Shown: positions 31,658-40,624 of the stretch, in pieces | Position numbering within the stretch: position 1 is the stretch's first letter | Layout: every line of letters starts with the position of its first letter | From: Nitrospinaceae bacterium | GTDB taxonomy: Bacteria > Nitrospinota > Nitrospinia > Nitrospinales > Nitrospinaceae | Assembly: GCA_965223665.1 (NCBI GenBank) | Contig: OZ245011.1 | Location: 1,152,001 to 1,216,000, forward strand | DNA: 64,000 bases | Direction of reading: 5' to 3' | Translations under genes and position numbers: made by a program | Notes under the pieces: generated by a model | What the model was told of the DNA's origin: nothing | Database searches by the model: none | The model's input: the letters and a program-made list of their open reading frames with translations, nothing else

Positions 31658-32776
31658 ATGAGAAAAATTAAAGTATTAGTTGTAGATGACGCGGTGGTAG
31701 TAAGAAAAATAGTTTCTGACACCTTAATGAACGACCCAGATATTGAAGTTTCAGGTGTTGCGGCCAATGGGAAAATTGCCTTACAACGCATTCCACAAAT
31801 CAATCCTGATTTAGTCACTTTAGATGTAGAAATGCCGGAAATGAATGGCATAGAAACTCTAAAAAATATAAGGGCGGATTATCCTTCCCTACCCGTTATT
31901 ATGTTCAGCACTTTAACTGAGCGTGGTGCCTCTACAACGTTAGAAGCTTTATCATTAGGGGCAACAGATTATGTAACAAAACCTGCTAATGTAGGTAGCG
32001 TGGCAATCGCCATGGAGAGGATCCGCACAGAACTAATTCCAAAAATCAAAACTCTGTGTGCCCAAAAAGTCGGTCTTAAAACACCTTCAACTATTCCAAG
32101 CACAAAACCTTTACCCTCCAAAACAGTTCAAAAAGGATTTTCAACTTCTAAGAGATCGAAACTTTCATTACCTCCATCAAAAATCGATATTGTCACAATT
32201 GGTGTTTCTACGGGGGGTCCAAATGCACTAGCGGAACTTTTCCCCACGTTTCCAGCAGATTTCCCGGTTCCAATTGTTATGGTTCAGCACATGCCTCCTT
32301 ATTTCACAAAACTGCTTGCCGAACGACTTTCAACAAAATCAAAAGTTGAAGTTATCGAAGCAAGTCATGGAATGGTCGTTAAACCTGGTAAAGCTTATAT
32401 CGCCCCCGGAAACTACCATATGGTTTTAAAGAGAGATAACAATCAATTGAAAATAGTCACCAACCAGGATCCGCCAGAAAACTCTTGTCGGCCTGCGGTT
32501 GATGTATTATTCAGATCGGTAGTGGAACTTTTTGGGAACAAAACTCTAGCCGTTATTTTAACCGGAATGGGACAAGATGGATTGGCAGGCTGTGAAGAAG
32601 TTAAGGATAAAGGAGGCCAGGTGATTGTGCAGGATGAAGCTTCCAGTGTGGTATGGGGAATGCCCGGTTTTGTTGCTCGGGCCAATTTAGCTGATAAAAT
32701 CTTACCATTAAATCAAATGGGTGAAGAGATAAATCAAAGAAGCCGAAAGGGACGGTTAACCTCTCTTACCTCTTAA
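31658..32776 (+). CDS. cheB: Chemotaxis protein-glutamate methylesterase
   Basis: REC domain plus GVSTGGP, VQHMPP, RPAVDVLF, LTGMGQDG. Confidence 0.95.
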   Translation: MRKIKVLVVDDAVVVRKIVSDTLMNDPDIEVSGVAANGKIALQRIPQINPDLVTLDVEMPEMNGIETLKNIRADYPSLPVIMFSTLTERGASTTLEALSLGATDYVTKPANVGSVAIAMERIRTELIPKIKTLCAQKVGLKTPSTIPSTKPLPSKTVQKGFSTSKRSKLSLPPSKIDIVTIGVSTGGPNALAELFPTFPADFPVPIVMVQHMPPYFTKLLAERLSTKSKVEVIEASHGMVVKPGKAYIAPGNYHMVLKRDNNQLKIVTNQDPPENSCRPAVDVLFRSVVELFGNKTLAVILTGMGQDGLAGCEEVKDKGGQVIVQDEASSVVWGMPGFVARANLADKILPLNQMGEEINQRSRKGRLTSLTS

Positions 32777-32799
32777 ACCAAAATAAATTCCTGAAGTCT

Positions 32800-33318
32800 T
32801 TAAGCTCCTGGTTTCCTTCCGTGATCACCAGACTTGGACCCGGCAATTTTGAGATGAATGGCACCTTCGGGCAATTCAAAGATCATTTGACGGGTTGGCA
32901 TATCCTGAGGAAGTAATGGCTCCACATCATGGCCTCGCATAATGGTTGGCAAGGACATAGCCACTTTTATCCCTTCATTGGCTAATCGAGCCACCAAATC
33001 TCCTGCAAGTACATTTGCTAGTTCTCCAACCACATCTCCCATATCATTACTTTCATACGGAACTTCAAAACCAGTAAACTTCAAAGTTAAGGCTTCCGCT
33101 GATTTCCTAGGCATTGTGAGCATCATCATCCAATTGATATCGCCCATATAAGAAATAATACCAACAACACCTTCTCCATATTTTTTTGAATCCTCAGAGT
33201 CTTCCAGGCAACTTGGTTCAGATCCAAAAATAGTATTAAAAACAGATACCACTGAATTTTTAACTATTGTGCAGAGCTGTTCAGATATTGCTTTTTCAGT
33301 AGATTGAAATGTGGTCAT
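32800..33318 (-). CDS. cheX: Chemotaxis phosphatase CheX family
   Basis: GVVGIISYMG; DVVGELANVLAG (E-x2-N); SLPTIMRG. Confidence 0.85.
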   Translation of the reverse strand: MTTFQSTEKAISEQLCTIVKNSVVSVFNTIFGSEPSCLEDSEDSKKYGEGVVGIISYMGDINWMMMLTMPRKSAEALTLKFTGFEVPYESNDMGDVVGELANVLAGDLVARLANEGIKVAMSLPTIMRGHDVEPLLPQDMPTRQMIFELPEGAIHLKIAGSKSGDHGRKPGA

Positions 33319-33525
33319 AGCTGTCCTCTATAAAAATATTTGGGACAATTTTAATTAATTAAAATCAAATCCCATTCTTTCGCTATTTGGATTTAACAAT
33401 ATAAATAGCCTAAGTCGACTACTTTTAAATCAAAGAATTCTATTCCAGGTTTTTGAGCTTATATTCTAAATAGAAGGGGTTTTAAGCCATAAGTCAAGAA
33501 AAAAACTCCCTAAACCCCTTGAATT

Positions 33526-33567
33526 AAAAGAGAATTTGCGACTCCCTCGGAGCCACAAATTCCCTTT
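33526..33567 (-). terminator. Hairpin terminator downstream of cheY
   Basis: AAGGGAATTTGTGGCTCC-gag-GGAGTCGCAAATTCTCTTTT. Confidence 0.65.
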
Positions 33568-33655
33568 CAGATAGATAGAGAAAACTATTTTTTAAAAATT
33601 GATTACTTAATGATTTCTTGGCAGGATTTTTACAATTGATGCGGACAATGATTCA

Positions 33656-34039
33656 TTAAGGAAAAATTTGTTTAATTTTATCTTCCAATTGGTTTGCATT
33701 AAAAGGTTTTACAATATATTGATTTACTCCAGCTTGAACTGCTTCCATTATTTTTTCTTTATCAGCTTCTGAGGTCACCATCAAAAATGGAGTGCCTTTT
33801 AATCCGCCATCAACACGAACTGCTTTTAAAAATTCTATTCCAGTCATTTTTGGCATATTCCAATCTGAAATCACTAAATCTATTCCGCCCTCGCCTAATT
33901 TCTTTAATCCCATTTGTCCATCTTCAGCATCAGTGATATTCCCATGATCAAATCCCAATTGCTTCAGATTATTTTTTATTATCTGACGCATCACTGAGGA
34001 GTCGTCAACTACCAAAACTTTTTTGGATTCGTAAGCCAT
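33656..34039 (-). CDS. cheY: Chemotaxis response regulator
   Basis: VLVVDD, ISDWNMPKMTG, FLMVTSEA, YIVKPF. Confidence 0.92.
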   Translation of the reverse strand: MAYESKKVLVVDDSSVMRQIIKNNLKQLGFDHGNITDAEDGQMGLKKLGEGGIDLVISDWNMPKMTGIEFLKAVRVDGGLKGTPFLMVTSEADKEKIMEAVQAGVNQYIVKPFNANQLEDKIKQIFP

Positions 34040-34268
34040 GTTTCTGTTTCCTTTTATGACTGGAAAGATTTATGTTTTTTTTATTTTCCACATGAGGCAT
34101 TAACTTTTGAATTAATAATTCTAAAAATTAAACTGCCTTTATACCTATGGTATTTAAAACCCTATATTAACAGTAATTAAACTCTCACTGTAAAAGAGTC
34201 AAGCAAAAATAAATAAGTTCAATCGAGAAAAGCCAAATATAAGGGAAAAAATAAAAGAAGGGATTAAA

Positions 34269-35369
34269 TTAGGCTACTGCAAGATGGGACTGTTCGTAGA
34301 GAGTATCTCTTTGGAGTGGGATCCGACCTGCTTCTTGAATCATTTCAACAATACGGTTTTTTCTAAAAATCTGGTCAGTGGTGGCACCAGCGGCATGAAT
34401 AATTTTTTCCTCCACAACTGTCCCATCCATATCATCTGAACCAAACCCTAAAGACATTTGCGCAATATTCTGAGAAATCATGATCCAGAAAGCCTTTATA
34501 TGAGGGAAATTATCGAGCATTAAACGAGACACAGCCAGTGCACGTATATCCATTTGGCCTGTTGTAGGATGAATGAAATCCAGAGGTGTATTATCAGGAT
34601 GAAACGCTAATGGAATAAACGTTACAAAACCACCTGTTTTATCTTGTAAGTCTCGCAATCGAATTAAATGATCTACACGCTCTTCAATTGTTTCTAAATG
34701 CCCATACAACATGGTGGCATTACTTTTTAGACCAACTGAATGAACGGTTTCGTGAACTTCCAACCAACGTTCCCCTGTTATTTTTTCATTACAGATTTTT
34801 CGTCTTACTCGTTTTGCAAATATTTCAGCTCCGCCTCCCGGAATAGATCCAAGACCAGCTTCTTTCAAATCTAATAAGGTTTCCTTTAGGGGCATTTTTG
34901 CCAGTTGAGCTAAATAATCTAATTCAACCGCAGTAAAGGCTTGAATATGAACTTCAGGGAACCGTTCCTTTAATCCCTTTACCATATCGTAATAGTAAGA
35001 ATAGGGTAAATCTGGGTGTAACCCACCTACAATATGAAACTCACTAACCTTGCCTCTTTCATAAGACTCAGCATCCTTAAAAATTTCTTCAAGGGTTTTT
35101 TCATAGGCATCAGGGCGGTTTTCCTTTGTTCCAAAGGCACAAAATTGGCAACTGTGGAGGCAAATATTAGTCGGGTTTATATGACGATTATGAATAAAAA
35201 ATGCATTGTTCCCATTTAACCGTTCGCGGATTATATTGGCTAAATGACCAACTCCCAAAAGATCTGGTGTTTGGAATAAGACAATACCTTCATCAAAAGA
35301 AAGCCTTTCTCCGTTATAGACCTTTTCAGCAATAGGATTTAATCGTTCATCTAAAAATTCAAACAGCAT
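34269..35369 (-). CDS. mqnE: Aminofutalosine synthase (radical SAM)
   Basis: NRHINPTNICLHSCQFC, EFHIVGGLHP, PGGGAEIF, SNATMLYGH, HIKAFW; near mqnP. Confidence 0.85.
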   Translation of the reverse strand: MLFEFLDERLNPIAEKVYNGERLSFDEGIVLFQTPDLLGVGHLANIIRERLNGNNAFFIHNRHINPTNICLHSCQFCAFGTKENRPDAYEKTLEEIFKDAESYERGKVSEFHIVGGLHPDLPYSYYYDMVKGLKERFPEVHIQAFTAVELDYLAQLAKMPLKETLLDLKEAGLGSIPGGGAEIFAKRVRRKICNEKITGERWLEVHETVHSVGLKSNATMLYGHLETIEERVDHLIRLRDLQDKTGGFVTFIPLAFHPDNTPLDFIHPTTGQMDIRALAVSRLMLDNFPHIKAFWIMISQNIAQMSLGFGSDDMDGTVVEEKIIHAAGATTDQIFRKNRIVEMIQEAGRIPLQRDTLYEQSHLAVA

Positions 35370-35505
35370 AAGAATTTACACCCGAAAATTTGAAAAAGGG
35401 ATTATACCTGATTCCATCCTAAAAAAGAAACCCAATAAAATAGCTTCAAATGGAGGAATCTTCTTTTCCTCGGAAAAAGGAAAAAAATTTATTCGGCAAA
35501 ATGAA

Positions 35506-35742
35506 TTAAGCAACCTGCTTGGCGAGAAGAACCCCAGTAGACCATCCACTTGAGGTCAATGGGCTCCTGGGGTCCTTCCCGCCATTTAGCAATTCCCGTT
35601 CGATCCGCTTGTTTTTTGCTCGTTTATAAACCTTTATAGAAGGCTTTACCTGCAACCGATATTGTCCATTGCTTAATGATTGAGCAACAGGATTTTCTTT
35701 TTGTAAAACCATTTTCTTTCCTTTTGACTTTTGTCGTTTCAT
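35506..35742 (-). CDS. ArfA-like alternative ribosome rescue factor candidate
   Basis: AAGGAG RBS; basic 78-aa protein with KENPVAQSL...YRLQV...VYKR; long hairpin in the 3' coding region. Confidence 0.6.
   Translation of the reverse strand: MKRQKSKGKKMVLQKENPVAQSLSNGQYRLQVKPSIKVYKRAKNKRIERELLNGGKDPRSPLTSSGWSTGVLLAKQVA
35520..35584 (-). other. Long RNA hairpin inside the 3' end of the ArfA-like CDS
   Basis: Minus strand TGGCGGGAAGGACCCCAG ... CTGGGGTTCTTCTCGCCA, 18 bp including G-U pairs. Confidence 0.8.
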
Positions 35743-35760
35743 AGACAGTCTCCTTTTCGA

Positions 35761-36627
35761 TTAAATCCAAAGGCAGTCAACAATGACTACTGACATTAAT
35801 AATACACTAATTATCCCATTAACATTAAAAAAGGCCAAATTTACCTTGGATAAATCCTTACTACTCACCAGCGAATGTTCGTACCATAATAATCCACCAA
35901 CAACCAAAACTCCTATTAAGTATCCCATTTCCAAACCAGGATGTACTAGCAAAATAAGTAAAAAAATAATCATTAACCCATGTGACATCAAAGCAATAGA
36001 TAAAGCGCGATCCACACCATAGCTTTGAGGTATGGAAAAAAGATTATTTTTTTTATCAGATTCATAATCCAAGCAAGAATATATGATATCAAAACCAATC
36101 AACCAAAAAACAACTGCCGTTCCCAATACTAAAGAAATAATTGAGATTTCTTCCCTAATAGCTACCCACGCTCCAACAGGGGCCACCGACAAGGCTAAGC
36201 CTAAAAAGAAATGGGAATACGGTGTAAAACGCTTGGTCAAAGAATAGAAAAAAACAATTGCAAGTGCCAACGGTGAAAGTAATAAAGCTAAGTGATTTAA
36301 CCTTCCACTCGCCCAAACAAATATCGCAGCAGATACCACTAAAAAAATTATATATTGCGGCGTTCCGGTTTTCCCTGCAGGCAACGCCCGACCTTCTGTC
36401 CGTGGATTTCTGGAATCTATCCGTGCATCGACAAGCCGATTGAAGGCCATTGCACTATTTCGTGCAAAAAACATACAAACTATGATCCATCCCAATTTAT
36501 CCCAATCTGGTAAACCTTCTGCTGCCAAAAAGGCACTCATTATCGCAAATGGCAAAGCAAATATTGTGTGCTGAATCTTAATATCCGCAAAAATGACTTT
36601 TAATTGTTTAAAAAATGAACGTACCAC
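35761..36627 (-). CDS. mqnP: UbiA-family prenyltransferase of the futalosine pathway
   Basis: IKIQHTIFALPFA, ARNSAMAFNRLVDARIDSRNPRT, GFDIIYSCLD, AFFNVNG. Confidence 0.8.
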   Translation of the reverse strand: MVRSFFKQLKVIFADIKIQHTIFALPFAIMSAFLAAEGLPDWDKLGWIIVCMFFARNSAMAFNRLVDARIDSRNPRTEGRALPAGKTGTPQYIIFLVVSAAIFVWASGRLNHLALLLSPLALAIVFFYSLTKRFTPYSHFFLGLALSVAPVGAWVAIREEISIISLVLGTAVVFWLIGFDIIYSCLDYESDKKNNLFSIPQSYGVDRALSIALMSHGLMIIFLLILLVHPGLEMGYLIGVLVVGGLLWYEHSLVSSKDLSKVNLAFFNVNGIISVLLMSVVIVDCLWI

Positions 36628-36882
36628 AACAAAATATTCTTTTAGTTTTAAGTCGATGAAAAATGATTATAAAGTCTTTAAAGGAAATAGGGAAAATATG
36701 AATGCAATTATTTTCTTCACTTCTTATCCCAATTCACTGACCAAAATTATTTTCTATTAAGACTCATAGTATCTAATCTTGGTTAATTTAGAAAAAATTG
36801 ACCCAAAATGACCTTTACCCGAAAATAGGTATCACATGATAATAAGTATGGATTTATCAAAACCAAGAAGGAGGAAAATTGG

Positions 36883-37254
36883 ATGAAAAAGTTTATTCTA
36901 ATAATTGTAACAATATTTCTATTTCAAGGGATTGCACAAGCGGATGATGAAAATAACAAAGAAAAAAATATCAATCAGGTTAAAGATCAAATTTTAAAGC
37001 ACACAGATAAAAAGATTTCCATTCTCTCTAGCTTTAAATCTTGTGTAAGTTCTGCCAGTTCTAAGGATGATATAAAGTCTTGTCATCAAGAAAAAAAGAA
37101 TTCAATGAAAGCTGTAAAAAAAGAAAACAAAGAAAGGAGAAAAGAATTTCGAAAAGGCAAAAAAAGAGGAAAAGGAAGAAGGAATAAAGGTCGCAAAAAT
37201 AAAGATGACGATGATAACGAAAATGATGACGACGACGAAAAAAATGATGACTAA
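36883..37254 (+). CDS. Hypothetical secreted helical protein with basic/acidic tail
   Basis: AGGAGG RBS, signal peptide, C-x11-C pair. Confidence 0.75.
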   Translation: MKKFILIIVTIFLFQGIAQADDENNKEKNINQVKDQILKHTDKKISILSSFKSCVSSASSKDDIKSCHQEKKNSMKAVKKENKERRKEFRKGKKRGKGRRNKGRKNKDDDDNENDDDDEKNDD

Positions 37255-37303
37255 AAATTGATGAATTAAACAATAACTTATTGCCCTTTCAAAGAACCCT
37301 AAA

Positions 37304-37330
37304 ATCCGGGGAGCAACCTACTCCCCGGAT
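37304..37330 (+). terminator. Intrinsic terminator
   Basis: ATCCGGGGAG-caaccta-CTCCCCGGAT. Confidence 0.65.
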
Positions 37331-37509
37331 ATCTTTCCTTAAAATACCCCCTCAAAAATCAAATTAAGACTTTCTTTAGACACTTCTTTAAACTTAGAAA
37401 AAATTAGGTCCTATGTTATAAATGTCCAAATAATTTGAAAGCGTATGACCAATTGAATGAGCTTGGACTCTAAAATTTTTTTCTTTATTTTTTCAACTGA
37501 ATTCAAACT

Positions 37510-39258
37510 ATGAAAAATATTAAACGCATTTTCCAGTTATTAATTCCTTACAAAATACCTCTTCTCTATGGAAGCTTATTATTAGTTCTTGCCTCAGTTA
37601 CAAATTTAATCGTCCCCTTATTTGTAAAAGAACTGGTGGATGTAGTCATGGTTCAAAAGAATTTGGACTTGCTAAATAAGATGGCCTGGATGATTGGCTT
37701 TGTTTTTCTTTTACAAATGATATTTTCTACGGCACACAACTACTTATATGACGTAACCGAAAAACGAGTCATTACCGATTTTCGAAAAATGATATTTGAG
37801 CATTTGCATAAACTTTCTCTTAGTTTTTTTGTTAAACGCCGAACCGGAGAAATTGTTTCTCGTATGACCAATGATGTCTCAACTGTAGAAGGAGTTGTCA
37901 CTGATTTACCTGCAACTGTTCTTCAACAATCTATTCGTCTGTTTGGCGGCATAGTTATTATCATATATATGAATTGGCGGCTTACCTTTATGATATTAGT
38001 GCTCGCCCCAATTCTCGTATTATTCGCTAAAGTTTTCGGCAAAAAATTAAAAAACTTATCCAAAGAAATTCAAGATAAACTGGCCGTCTGCACTACGGTT
38101 TTGGAAGAAAATGTAAGTGGCATTCAGGTTGTGAAATCTTTTGTTCGACAAAAACTGGAGATTAATCGATTTTCCGATGCCGTTGAAGAAAGCTTTGAAA
38201 CCGCAAAAAAGCGAGTAAAAATTTCAGCATTCTTTGGTCCCACCATTGGTTTTATTGCCTTCTCTACGGCCTTAGTTTTACTTTGGTATGGCGGCAAAGA
38301 GGTTATCCAAGGTAGCATTAGTCCCGGAGATCTAATAGCATTTATTCTTTACGCAACCATAATTGCCGGCCCCATGGGTAGCTTCGCCAGGTTATACACT
38401 AGAATTCAAGAGGGATTGGGAGCTTCCGAGCGCATATTTGAAATTCTCGACACAGAACCTGAAATCAAAGATATAAACCATGCGAAACCTCTGCCAACAA
38501 TTAAGGGAAAAGTCGAAATTAAGAACTTGGAATTTCATTACCGAGAAGATCAACCTGTATTAAGGGGAATCAATTTTTCTGCAAACCCGGGTGAGATGGT
38601 GGCTTTAGTGGGACCCAGTGGCGCTGGAAAAACAACTTTTGTCCAATTGCTACACCGTTTCTACGATCCCACAAAGGGAGACATCTTGGTGGACGGATTA
38701 AACATCAAGGAGGTGCAGCTTTCCAGTTATTGTCAACAAATAGGATTGGTACCGCAGGAGACCTTGCTCTTTGGAGGAACCATTGAGGAGAATATTCGTT
38801 ACGCAAAACCTGAATCTTCACGGGAAGAAATAGTGGATGCCGCCAAGTCGGCCAATGCCCACGCTTTTATAGAAGAATGTCCCGAAGGCTATCAAACTAT
38901 TGTAGGAGAAAAAGGAATCCGATTATCTGCAGGCCAAAGGCAACGGATCGCAATTGCTCGCGCTATTCTTAAAAACCCTCACATTCTTATTTTGGATGAG
39001 GCCACTTCTTCCCTCGACAACGAATCGGAAAAATTAATTCAAGAGGCTTTAGAACGGTTAATGGAGGGAAAAACCTCTTTTGTTATTGCGCACCGATTAT
39101 CGACCATTCACAATGCCGACAAAATCATTGTAATGGACCGAGGAGAAATTGTAGAAACCGGGACTCACGAAACCCTCATGGAGAAAAAAGGACTTTACCA
39201 TTACCTCTATACCCTCAAATCTCTCCAAGGAGAGCAAACCTCTCAGTTAACGGGTTAG
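37510..39258 (+). CDS. ABC transporter permease/ATPase (MsbA-like exporter)
   Basis: Six-TM domain; GPSGAGKT, LSAGQRQR, ILILDEATS, IAHRLST. Confidence 0.93.
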   Translation: MKNIKRIFQLLIPYKIPLLYGSLLLVLASVTNLIVPLFVKELVDVVMVQKNLDLLNKMAWMIGFVFLLQMIFSTAHNYLYDVTEKRVITDFRKMIFEHLHKLSLSFFVKRRTGEIVSRMTNDVSTVEGVVTDLPATVLQQSIRLFGGIVIIIYMNWRLTFMILVLAPILVLFAKVFGKKLKNLSKEIQDKLAVCTTVLEENVSGIQVVKSFVRQKLEINRFSDAVEESFETAKKRVKISAFFGPTIGFIAFSTALVLLWYGGKEVIQGSISPGDLIAFILYATIIAGPMGSFARLYTRIQEGLGASERIFEILDTEPEIKDINHAKPLPTIKGKVEIKNLEFHYREDQPVLRGINFSANPGEMVALVGPSGAGKTTFVQLLHRFYDPTKGDILVDGLNIKEVQLSSYCQQIGLVPQETLLFGGTIEENIRYAKPESSREEIVDAAKSANAHAFIEECPEGYQTIVGEKGIRLSAGQRQRIAIARAILKNPHILILDEATSSLDNESEKLIQEALERLMEGKTSFVIAHRLSTIHNADKIIVMDRGEIVETGTHETLMEKKGLYHYLYTLKSLQGEQTSQLTG

Positions 39259-39401
39259 TTTTATTTTTCAGAAGACACCCTTTACAGCCAAAACTATAAA
39301 AATTAAAATAATTATTGAGAAAGAAATTTTTATTTCCGCGGGATAAATACAACCCTCTTGCAAATTTTAATTTAACAGTTATCCAATCAACTAAATAAAC
39401 G

Positions 39402-40145
39402 ATGGAAAACATTTCCTGGCCAATTACCACCTTAATAACCATTGGTTTAGGTTTAATGATCCTTGAACGGCCAATTCCCAACCACAAGCTTCCCCAGGTA
39501 ACAGGCTGGTGGCTTCGAGTGATTATAATTAATCTCGCTCAAATAGGTATTGTGGTTTTAGGGGGAATCACATGGGAAATTTGGTTCCAAGGCTCAAGTT
39601 TATTCCACTTGGATTCCTTACCAAACCCGGTCAGCGCTCTATTCGCATACTTACTTATAACATTTGTTTACTACTGGTGGCATAAATGGCGCCACGACTC
39701 AAATTTTCTTTGGTTGACGCTTCACCAAATTCACCATAGCCCGCAACGAATAGAAACAATCACTTCATTTTATAAACACCCCTTAGAAATTTTAATCAAT
39801 TCAATTATCATTAGCTTCGTAACTTACTCTGTATTAGGCTTATCGTTAGAAGCTGGTGCATGGGTAACCGTTTATACTGGGATCGCCGAATTTTTCTACC
39901 ACATGAATATTAGAACTCCCTATTGGGCGGGTTATTTCATTCAAAGACCCGAAAGCCACCGCATTCATCATGAAAGGTCACGACATTATAAAAATTTTTC
40001 AGATCTCCCAATATGGGACATTCTTTTTGGAACTTTCGAAAATCCTAAGCGAAGGGTACACTGTGGTTTTAAATCTTCTCGAGAGCAAAAGTTTGTAAAA
40101 ATGCTCCTGTTTAAAAATGTAAATAATCCTTTGCAAAAAAAATGA
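39402..40145 (+). CDS. Sterol desaturase/fatty acid hydroxylase family protein
   Basis: His boxes HKWRH, HQIHH and HRIHH; WDILFGTF. Confidence 0.9.
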   Translation: MENISWPITTLITIGLGLMILERPIPNHKLPQVTGWWLRVIIINLAQIGIVVLGGITWEIWFQGSSLFHLDSLPNPVSALFAYLLITFVYYWWHKWRHDSNFLWLTLHQIHHSPQRIETITSFYKHPLEILINSIIISFVTYSVLGLSLEAGAWVTVYTGIAEFFYHMNIRTPYWAGYFIQRPESHRIHHERSRHYKNFSDLPIWDILFGTFENPKRRVHCGFKSSREQKFVKMLLFKNVNNPLQKK

Positions 40146-40624
40146 AACCTCAAAAATTCTCATTTTATTTTCTAATTTTAATTGGATGTTTACAGTTTCT
40201 AGGAATAGCATTAGGATCAAAACAACTTAAAGGTTTAGGGTTAGCGACCGTTGCATCTCCATTACCATTAGTCTTTTCACATTTTCGTAATCATGAAACC
40301 TTTGCAGCCGATTTTCATATTTTTCTAACCCAACAAAACAAGATTATTTACGAAAAACAAATAACCCCAAAGTTATACAGCAATTTGCAGGGCCCTTATA
40401 ATCGACGGAATATTTATGGCGCCGTATTTTCCTATGGCCCGCATTTAAATCAGGCCGGTGAAAAAAAATTAGTGCAAACAGCTCTAAAAAACGCCTTTTG
40501 TAATAACGGGTTTTTAGCAAAGGAGTTTCAACTTCCCCAACTCTTCGATCTTGCAAAAATTCATATTAGAACTAAAACAAAGAATAAAGAACAAACATTT
40601 AAACTAGAAGTTTCCTGCTTGTGA
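40142..40624 (+). CDS. Hypothetical membrane-anchored protein, translationally coupled
   Basis: 4-nt overlaps with both neighbours; ASPLPLVFS and LQGPYNRRNIYGA motifs. Confidence 0.75.
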   Translation: MKPQKFSFYFLILIGCLQFLGIALGSKQLKGLGLATVASPLPLVFSHFRNHETFAADFHIFLTQQNKIIYEKQITPKLYSNLQGPYNRRNIYGAVFSYGPHLNQAGEKKLVQTALKNAFCNNGFLAKEFQLPQLFDLAKIHIRTKTKNKEQTFKLEVSCL

